Shown: positions 20,239 to 27,600 of the stretch, piece by piece
How the letters are laid out: the number at the start of each line of letters is the position of its first letter
Position numbering within the stretch: position 1 is the stretch's first letter
From: an uncultured delta proteobacterium
Lineage (GTDB): Bacteria > Myxococcota > Kuafuiibacteriia > Kuafuiibacteriales > Kuafuiibacteriaceae
Length of the DNA: 41,273 bases
Reading direction: 5' to 3'
NCBI GenBank assembly: GCA_963803435.1
Contig: CAWDML010000016.1
Location: 1-41,273, forward strand
The notes under the pieces: model-generated
Database searches by the model: none
The model's input: the letters and a program-made list of their open reading frames with translations, nothing else
What the model was told of the DNA's origin: nothing
Made by a program: the position numbers and the translations under genes

Positions 20239-22224
20239 ATGCTCAATGTCAAACTGCCCGATGGGAGCGTCCGCCAGCTTCAGGACGGTGCCACGGTGGG
20301 CGACCTCGCGAAGGACATCGGTCCTGGGCTCTTCAAGGCGGCGGTCGCGGGGCGCGTGAACGGTCAGGTCGTCGATCTCGCGCGCAAGCTCTCGGACGGC
20401 GCCGAGGTCTCGATCCTCACGAAGAAGGACGAGGACGCGCTCGAGGTGCTCCGGCACTCGGCGGCGCATCTGATGGCGGACGCGATCCTCCGCATCTATC
20501 CGAAGGCGCAGCTTACGATCGGCCCGGTCGTCGAGAGCGGCTTCTACTACGACATCTTCCTGCCCGAGGGAAAGATCTCGGCCGACGACTTCCCCAAGCT
20601 CGAGGCCGAGATGCAGAAGATCGCCAAGGAGGCGGTCCCGTTCGATCGGTGCGAGGGCGAGGAGGCGTACGCGCGCTACAAGGCGATCGACGGCGGGAAC
20701 AACCCGTTCAAGGCGGAGATCGTGGAGGAGGTGCGCGGGCGCGGCGAGGAGCTGTCCTTCTACCGCCACGGCGACTTCATCGATCTCTGCAGAGGGCCGC
20801 ACGTGCCGAACACGGGCTGGCTCAAGAACGTGAAGCTGACGAGCATCGCGGGCGCGTACTGGCGCGCCGACGCGAGCCGGCAGCAGCTGGTGCGCGTCTA
20901 CGGGACGGCCTTCTTCACGAAGGAGGAGCTCGCCGAGCACCTCCGGATCATCGAGGAGGCGAAGAAGCGCGATCACCGCGTGCTGGGCGAGCAGCTCGAT
21001 CTGTTCTCATTCCACGAGGAGGCGCCCGGGTTCCCCTTCTTCCACCCGAAGGGCGCCACGATGTTCAACACGCTGGTCGACTTCATGCGCGGCCTGTTGA
21101 AGCGGCGCGGGTACAAGGAGGTGAAGACCCCGCTGGTGATGTCGGAGCAGCTCTGGCACACGTCCGGACACTACGACAACTACCTGGAGAACATGTTCTT
21201 CACGAAGCTGAAGCTGCGCAGCGAGAAGAGCCCGGAGAACATCCTCGACAACGTCCCCGAGGAGCGGCCGATGGCCGTCAAGCCGATGAACTGCCCCGGA
21301 CACGTGCTGGTGTACGGCGAGCGACAGCACAGCCACAACGAGTTCCCGCTCCGCTTCGCCGAGATGGGGCTGGTGCACCGCCGCGAGATGAGCGGCGTCC
21401 GTCACGGGCTCTTCCGGGTGCAGGCGTTCACGCAGGACGACGCCCACCACTTCTGCACGGTCGATCAGATCGAGTCCGAGGTGATCATGCTGATCGACTT
21501 CTTCAAGGAGGTGTACGCGGCCTTCGATCTGACGGACGTGCGGATCGAGCTGTCGACGCGCCCTGAGAAGAGCATCGGGAGCGACGAGATGTGGGAGAAG
21601 GCGGAGAACGCGCTCAAGCGGGCGCTCGACGACAAGGACATCCCGTACCAGCTCAACGAGGGCGACGGCGCGTTCTACGGGCCGAAGATCGACTTCCACA
21701 TCCGCGACGTGCTCAAGCGCTCCTGGCAGTGCGGCACGATCCAGCTCGACTTCTCGATGCCCGCGCGGTTCGGGCTCCAGTACGTCGGCTCCGACGGCGG
21801 CCGGCATACGCCGGTGATGATCCACCGCGCCTGCTACGGCAGCCTCGAGCGGTTCATGGGGATCATCATCGAGAACTACGCCGGCAAGTTCCCGCTCTGG
21901 CTCTCGCCCGAGCAGGTGCTGGTGATCCCGGTGAGCGACAAGTTCGCCGGCTACGCCCGCAAGGTCTACGAGAGCCTCCTGGACGCCGGCCTGCGCGCCG
22001 ACGTCAACCTCAAGGACGATCGCGTGGGGTACAAGATCCGCGCGGCCAGCCTGCAGAAGATCCCGTACGTGATCGTGGTGGGCGAGCGCGAGCAGCAGAA
22101 CGGGACGATCAACGTCCGCGCGCGGGACGACGGCGGGGAGATGGAGATGGCGATCCCGGCGTTCCTCGAGCAGATCGCCGCCGAGCGCGAGCCGGGCGGC
22201 AAGCCCCGGGCGGCGGCCGCCTGA
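20239..22224 (+). CDS. thrS: threonine--tRNA ligase
   Basis: GAAGGAG SD, TGS domain, RHSAAHLMA, DLCRGPH, RDHR, KPMNCPGH, FTQDDAH, GAFYGPKID, QCGTIQLDF and an anticodon domain. Confidence 0.98.
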   Translation: MLNVKLPDGSVRQLQDGATVGDLAKDIGPGLFKAAVAGRVNGQVVDLARKLSDGAEVSILTKKDEDALEVLRHSAAHLMADAILRIYPKAQLTIGPVVESGFYYDIFLPEGKISADDFPKLEAEMQKIAKEAVPFDRCEGEEAYARYKAIDGGNNPFKAEIVEEVRGRGEELSFYRHGDFIDLCRGPHVPNTGWLKNVKLTSIAGAYWRADASRQQLVRVYGTAFFTKEELAEHLRIIEEAKKRDHRVLGEQLDLFSFHEEAPGFPFFHPKGATMFNTLVDFMRGLLKRRGYKEVKTPLVMSEQLWHTSGHYDNYLENMFFTKLKLRSEKSPENILDNVPEERPMAVKPMNCPGHVLVYGERQHSHNEFPLRFAEMGLVHRREMSGVRHGLFRVQAFTQDDAHHFCTVDQIESEVIMLIDFFKEVYAAFDLTDVRIELSTRPEKSIGSDEMWEKAENALKRALDDKDIPYQLNEGDGAFYGPKIDFHIRDVLKRSWQCGTIQLDFSMPARFGLQYVGSDGGRHTPVMIHRACYGSLERFMGIIIENYAGKFPLWLSPEQVLVIPVSDKFAGYARKVYESLLDAGLRADVNLKDDRVGYKIRAASLQKIPYVIVVGEREQQNGTINVRARDDGGEMEMAIPAFLEQIAAEREPGGKPRAAAA

Positions 22225-22453
22225 GGCCTTCCCGCCCGCGCGTCCTTGGGCCTGTGTGTGGGCGAGGATAGGACCTGTCCACTAGCGTATTCCAGCTCAC
22301 ATTGGGCCTCGAGGAAGCCGTTTCAGGTACGGACGGCGCACAGCACGGACGGATCATCCGGTTGGCCGAGGATCGGGATCGTCGCTGCGGTGGAGGCCCT
22401 CTGCGATCCCCTGGTCTCGCGGTTGCAGAAGCCGCCCCCGGAGGTTCAATCAC

Positions 22454-22978
22454 TTGCATACCTTGAACAAGATCATACCGCTCGCACTCGGGGCGGCTGT
22501 CGCCTGCGCCCCCGTCGGACCCGACGAAGGAGAGTCTCAATCCGCCCTCAGTAATTGTCAGGATGTTGTCGCCTCGTTCACGAACGTCACCTACCCATGC
22601 GCAAGCCTCTGCACCGCGGGCGTGCAGGTTCACGAGGGGAACGCGAACAGCTTCCTCGACGGGACCAACGACTTCGTTCTCGCCGGGACCGCGGAGTACG
22701 CAGGCATGCCCGGCATCGAGCCGCAGGCCCAGCTCTCCCACTCTGGAACGCGGACCGTGACCAGCAGACGCGGCACCCTCACACTCCACGTGACCGGTGT
22801 GTTCGACACCCAGCCCACCTCGAACCTGGACTTCGCCGAGCTCTCGCGGATCACGGGAGGCACCGGCCAGTTGGCGAACGCCACCGGCGTCATCTGGGCG
22901 TACGGCAACGGCGAAGCCCACCCCGACGGCTCGATGACGTTCCACGGCCACCTGCGCGGCACCGTCTGCGGCTTGTGA
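22454..22978 (+). CDS. secreted lipoprotein with an allene-oxide-cyclase/dirigent-like beta-barrel motif
   Basis: GGAGG SD 9 nt before TTG and lipobox AVAC. Beta-strand-rich body with SRITGGTGQLANATG, resembling the (I/V)xGGTGxFxxAxG motif of dirigent/AOC barrels. Confidence 0.6.
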   Translation: MHTLNKIIPLALGAAVACAPVGPDEGESQSALSNCQDVVASFTNVTYPCASLCTAGVQVHEGNANSFLDGTNDFVLAGTAEYAGMPGIEPQAQLSHSGTRTVTSRRGTLTLHVTGVFDTQPTSNLDFAELSRITGGTGQLANATGVIWAYGNGEAHPDGSMTFHGHLRGTVCGL

Positions 22979-23004
22979 CGCCCATCGGTGTCCTTCCCCG
23001 TCTA

Positions 23005-23131
23005 ATGTAGGCCATTATCCCTCATTGGCCTAGGTGCACGGTATCTCTGCACATAAGCGCAACCTTCCCTACATGTCGGTCGATACCGTGCATCATCCCC
23101 CGACAGGACGGTCGGGGCCGAGTGAGGGATA
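23005..23131 (+). promoter_or_regulatory. structured 5' leader with anti-SD (candidate cis-regulatory RNA)
   Basis: Perfect stems at 23008-14/23026-32, 23035-45/23082-92 and 23098-104/23111-17. Loop sequence 23016-24 (TATCCCTCA) is complementary to the SD region 23123-31 (TGAGGGATA). Confidence 0.55.
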
Positions 23132-23136
23132 CCAAG

Positions 23137-26100
23137 ATGGTCGCAGCCAGCAACATGGGCGGATGCCCGCTCAGTGGTCTCATCAACGATAAGCACAATC
23201 AGAATCCTGATTTTCGCTCGTTGGATCCACTCGCTCAGATCAACCATGGCAACTTCGCGACCGCGATCGCGTTGTACGAGATGCAGGCGGCGCAAAGCCC
23301 GCTCTCGGCGGTCGACTGCGCGCGCCTCGCCCACGCGTATCAAAACACCGGCGAGTTCGGAAAGTCGTCCGAGTGGTTCCAGAAGGCGATCGACGCCGAT
23401 CCCACCCACGAGCTTGCGGGCAAGTGGGCGAAAAACGTCGAGCTCGACGCGACGGCCGATCGGGCCGGCGTGGGCGTGGCTCGGCCGAACAAGATCACGA
23501 AGGAATACCTCGAGACCGATCCGGCCGTGCTCTGGGCCAACCATCCGGACAGCTGGGTGTTGTGCACCGACTTCAAGCCCGCCGGTTCTTACGTCCCCGC
23601 CAAGACCTTGAAGGACCGCGTGGCGAACTTCGCCCAGGCGCACCTCACCGATCTTCTGAAGCCGGTCGGCACGGTCTCCGCCTTTGGCGCCGCGCTCGCG
23701 GCGAAGCTCCGGGGACCCGGCAACGCCGGTCACTGGACGCTGGTTCCGTTCCACATCGGAAAGCTCGGCGTCCTCGCGCACGGCCGCGATTGGATGACGG
23801 AGCGCGAACGCAATCTCGACGGCGAGCGGGGCGATCCGCCCGGCGGGCTCAAGCCTCCGGCGACGGAGCCGGCCTTCGCGGGCACGGTCACTCCCGATGG
23901 TGCCTACATCAGCCAAACGCGTGGCGCCGACGGCAAGCTCGCCTGGCCGGGCGAGGGGCGCGTGGGGACCGAGTTCGTGGCGCACGGGCTCCCCAAGGGG
24001 ACGCCGGCGAAGGACGAATCGAAGAACCCGCGGCTTCCTTCACCGAAGGCGATCGCCGAGAGGTTTGGCTATCGAAACGGCCGGACAATCGAGGCTCAGC
24101 AGGCCAGCGTCCACGTCACCGCGCACCTTCAGGGCCTGGTGCACGACGTCGCCCAGACCGCGCCGGACAACGTGAGGAAGCGGCCGGTCGAGGTCGCCGA
24201 TCCCGAGCTGGCCAAGCTCGGCATCACGCACCGCTGGATGCGCGCCGATGCGCATCACCCGCTCCACCCGGAGAGCAACAACGGCATGCACAGCACGCCG
24301 GTGTGGTGGATCATGAGCCACATCTACGGCGGCGACATCGAGACGGTCGCGCAGACGCGTTCGTTCCCCGACGGAGGCCACGTTCCGAAGGGCAAGCTCT
24401 ATCTTCAGGGCATGGATGCCGAAGGCAACGGTGGCAAGTGGCTGCCCATCGTCGATGCCGGTGACGGAAAGAAGCAGATCCTGACCGGCATGGGCCGGAA
24501 CATGACCGCGCCGTTGCTCGCGGAGCACACGGTCTACGCGCGGCACCACAACTGGGTGTGCGACGTTCTCTCCGAGCGCCATCCGGACTGGTCCGCCAAC
24601 CAGATCTACGATGTCGCCCGCCGCGTCGTCATCGCGACCTACGTGAAGATTCACACCGGCATCTGGACCTATACGACGTTTGCCAACGAGGCGATCGTCG
24701 AGGGGCTGACCGCCAACCTGTTTGGACGTCGCGAAGGCAAGCGCCCGGTCTACGCCAAGGCCCCGCGCGAAGGTCGGCAGATCTACCGGCCCGAGCAGGG
24801 CGAGCACCCGATCGCCGACGGGATCGCCAGCGGCAAGGTCGACAAGACCGAGCCCGAAATCAAGGGCAAGTGGTTCAGCAAGGCGTATCGATTCGGTCAC
24901 GAGATCGTGCCTGACGAGATCTACCTCCCCAAGATCGGGGACAAGACCGTCAAGGGCGAGACCCCGACCGTCAACATGAGAGACCTGCGCGAGCTCGACG
25001 GGCATGCGTTCCTCCAGGAGTACGGCCTGGGCGAGTTCTACTACGGCATGATGAACACCTACCTGCCGGCACCGGTGGCGGGGAACACGGCCGACTTCTT
25101 CCAGGGCATGCACACGGAAGAAGGCATGATGGACATGATCGAGCAGGAGATCGAAAAGGACCGCGAGCGCGGGAACTACTCCTGGGGCGAGTATCAGGAC
25201 GCCCACAACATTCCGCGCCATGAGAAGTGGGCGGATTTGTTCAAGGACCCGACGAGCAAGGTGGCCCGGGAGAACATCGCCTGGTTGGAGACCCACTATC
25301 CGGATGGCATCGCGTCGATGGATTCTCGCCTCGGCCTCATCCTGAACGAGCACCGGCCCGAGGGCGTCGCGATCACCAACGAAGGGTTCCAGACCTTCGT
25401 GCAGGAGGCGACCAGCCGCATCCGAAAGAGCCCGATCCTCACCGAGGAGTGGCGACCGGATGTCGTGGGCTGGACGGCGATGAACCTGGTCGAGGCCGTG
25501 GACAAGGAGAAGCTCCTCTACCTCCACTGTCCCGAGCTCCGCGAATGGCTCGAGAAGAGCGGCGTCAAGAACACCTACGAGTACGTGGGTACGACGCCCG
25601 AGGAAGCCCCGCAGGACCACCCGCTGCACGCCTACCTCGAGTTTGGTGAGCGCGACCTGAAGGACATGGGCCTCGGCTGGTCGTGGAAAGACGAGCACTT
25701 CAAGGAGAACGTCTCGAACTACCTGCTTCGCGTCGACCACGCGCCGACCGGACAGTCGTTCATCGTGGACCTGACCGAACGCGAGGTTCGCGCCGACCTC
25801 GACCGCGATGGTCGGATTCAGTCGCGCGAAGTGCTCCGCACGGATCCCGAGGGCGTGAGCTTGAAGGAGATCCTCGCCGCGGCCGAGGCGATCCGGGCCG
25901 AGAACGACATTCCCTGGCCGGGTGCCAGCGCCGCGGCCCATCCCGAGTTCGTGAGCGGCTTCCGCCTCGATCAAGACGAGGTCAACCGGCTCAAGAAGTA
26001 CAAGGGTGACAAGGACGACCTCGGCGTTGCGCCCAAGCTGACCGACCTCCAGGTGCACACGCTGATGTTCAATCTGCTGAAGCGCACCTCGGACACGTCG

Positions 26101-26631
26101 ACGTTCGGAGAGAACCACGCTGGGTGGAAGATCTTCGAGAAGACCGGCCTCCGTGCGCTCTTCCAGACGATGGGCTCGATCGCCATGTTCGGGAACATCT
26201 TCAAGGGATCGATCTCGCTTCGGACCTCCGACATGGCATCGCGGCGTCCGAGCAAGAGCACGGGCATCTTCGGCGCCGACGGAAACCTGGATCAGGCGAA
26301 GCTGGACAGCTACCGGGGCATGATCAGCGAGATGGCAGCGCAGTACCCGAACGGAGCGATTCCGGAGGCGGACTTCCTCGCCAAGCTGAAGGAGAAGGAC
26401 GCTGTGAGCTTCCTCTCCAAGGCCCAGTGGAAGTCGTTGTTCCGGTTGTTCGAGCGGATGTACGGCAAGCCGGAGATGACCCCCGCGAACTTCGACGACT
26501 TCTACAGCAACAAGCTCTTCATCGAAGCCTTCGACCGGTTCGCCCCCGCAGACCTCAAGGCCGAGCTCCGGGGCGCCATCCAGGCGGCCCCCGCGGACCC
26601 GCAGGGGCGCTGCCCCCTCGGCTACGGGTAG
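23137..26631 (+). CDS. multidomain heme protein: TPR + alpha-dioxygenase-like peroxidase-cyclooxygenase domain + EF-hand + caleosin-like domain (ORF open from GTG 23122)
   Basis: QGLVHD (distal His), TPVWWIMSHIYG, RHHNWVCD, VKIHTGIWT, AYRFGH (proximal His), DRERG and EF loop DLDRDGRIQSRE. The C-terminal LQVH...STGIFGADG...QWKSLF...FYSNKLF resembles caleosin. The frame is intact with a GAGGGA SD before ATG 23137. Confidence 0.85.
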   Translation: MVAASNMGGCPLSGLINDKHNQNPDFRSLDPLAQINHGNFATAIALYEMQAAQSPLSAVDCARLAHAYQNTGEFGKSSEWFQKAIDADPTHELAGKWAKNVELDATADRAGVGVARPNKITKEYLETDPAVLWANHPDSWVLCTDFKPAGSYVPAKTLKDRVANFAQAHLTDLLKPVGTVSAFGAALAAKLRGPGNAGHWTLVPFHIGKLGVLAHGRDWMTERERNLDGERGDPPGGLKPPATEPAFAGTVTPDGAYISQTRGADGKLAWPGEGRVGTEFVAHGLPKGTPAKDESKNPRLPSPKAIAERFGYRNGRTIEAQQASVHVTAHLQGLVHDVAQTAPDNVRKRPVEVADPELAKLGITHRWMRADAHHPLHPESNNGMHSTPVWWIMSHIYGGDIETVAQTRSFPDGGHVPKGKLYLQGMDAEGNGGKWLPIVDAGDGKKQILTGMGRNMTAPLLAEHTVYARHHNWVCDVLSERHPDWSANQIYDVARRVVIATYVKIHTGIWTYTTFANEAIVEGLTANLFGRREGKRPVYAKAPREGRQIYRPEQGEHPIADGIASGKVDKTEPEIKGKWFSKAYRFGHEIVPDEIYLPKIGDKTVKGETPTVNMRDLRELDGHAFLQEYGLGEFYYGMMNTYLPAPVAGNTADFFQGMHTEEGMMDMIEQEIEKDRERGNYSWGEYQDAHNIPRHEKWADLFKDPTSKVARENIAWLETHYPDGIASMDSRLGLILNEHRPEGVAITNEGFQTFVQEATSRIRKSPILTEEWRPDVVGWTAMNLVEAVDKEKLLYLHCPELREWLEKSGVKNTYEYVGTTPEEAPQDHPLHAYLEFGERDLKDMGLGWSWKDEHFKENVSNYLLRVDHAPTGQSFIVDLTEREVRADLDRDGRIQSREVLRTDPEGVSLKEILAAAEAIRAENDIPWPGASAAAHPEFVSGFRLDQDEVNRLKKYKGDKDDLGVAPKLTDLQVHTLMFNLLKRTSDTSTFGENHAGWKIFEKTGLRALFQTMGSIAMFGNIFKGSISLRTSDMASRRPSKSTGIFGADGNLDQAKLDSYRGMISEMAAQYPNGAIPEADFLAKLKEKDAVSFLSKAQWKSLFRLFERMYGKPEMTPANFDDFYSNKLFIEAFDRFAPADLKAELRGAIQAAPADPQGRCPLGYG

Positions 26632-26701
26632 GCAACTTCCCGTCGCGAGTGCCGATAATACCTACATCAGCACTAATGTGCTACCCAGGAGGAGAACCGC
26701 C

Positions 26702-26989
26702 ATGCTAGGAGCCACCGCAAAACTGAGCCCCGCCCTCACCGAAGCCCGACAGCTGCTCGGCGAGATCACCCAGAAGCCCGTCAAGAGCATGTACGAGACG
26801 ATGGTGCTCGATGCCTTTGCCGGCGTGGGCGTGGTCAGCGCGTCCGACCTCAAGAGCGACGAGACCCTCGGCAACGCGGCCCAGAGGCTCGGTCTCAACA
26901 CCGACGGCCTGCTCAGGGCGATGAAGGGCCAGTGCCCGTTCGGTCACCTCAACCCCGCCACGGCCAAGGCTCCCGCCCAGGCCGAGTGA
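26702..26989 (+). CDS. small protein with a DUF1858/ScdA_N-like helical motif and a CPF motif
   Basis: AGGAGG SD, then ETLGNAAQRLGLNTDGLLRAM followed by GQCPFGH. Confidence 0.6.
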   Translation: MLGATAKLSPALTEARQLLGEITQKPVKSMYETMVLDAFAGVGVVSASDLKSDETLGNAAQRLGLNTDGLLRAMKGQCPFGHLNPATAKAPAQAE

Positions 26990-27021
26990 CGCCTCCTCGC
27001 GAGTGATCCAGACTCGCGTCG

Positions 27022-27598
27022 ATGCTCTCCGAGCACCACGCGCACGCCATCGCCGAGATCACCGAGACGCTCATCCCCACCGCCGAGTCGGTCCTGCCGA
27101 TGTTGCGGCGGCCGCTCGCCGCGGAGCTCGACAAGTTTCTCGACTCGATCTGCGGGCTGATCCGCTCGGACGTCCCGCGCGCGCTCCTGATCTGCGGCCG
27201 TCCGATCGATGCGGCGTCCACGAAGGTCCTCGATCCTCTGGTCGAGGAGCTGCGCGCTCGGGGCGAAGCGGAGCTGCGCGGGCTGGCCGCCCGCCTCTCC
27301 TCCTCCCAGCCGCTCTCCATCGCCGCGTTCGTCGGCCCGCTGGTCTCCGCCCTCGAGGCGGCCATGCACGTCCAGGGCGCGCTCTCCGAGAAGACCGCGC
27401 GTGGATTCAGCGGCGGCGGGCCACCCGAAGTCGACCAGGTCGCCCGCGCGGTCGACATGGACCACCGGGATTCTGATCGCCATCATCGAAGGGGACACCG
27501 CGTTCCGGACCCTCTACTACTTCCTCGAGGTGCTGAAGCCGGTGCTCGAGACGGTCCAGCCCCGCTCGATGCTCTCGCTCCGCAGCAAGCCGAAGTGA
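27022..27598 (+). CDS. hypothetical protein with a probable C-terminal Cro/XRE-like HTH (frameshifted)
   Basis: Helical N-terminus in ORF 27022. Removing one G near 27469 joins QVARAVDMDHR to ILIAIIEGDTAFRTLYYFLEVL, ending at TGA 27598. Confidence 0.45.
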
Positions 27599-27600
27599 GG

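Noticed and set aside
22225-22453. ncRNA or tRNA in the spacer after thrS
   Set aside because: Only short hairpins (e.g. GGGATCG/CGATCCC), with no cloverleaf or recognisable RNA motif.
24040-26118. 692-aa antisense ORF inside the oxygenase
   Set aside because: Shadow frame of the well-supported + strand gene.
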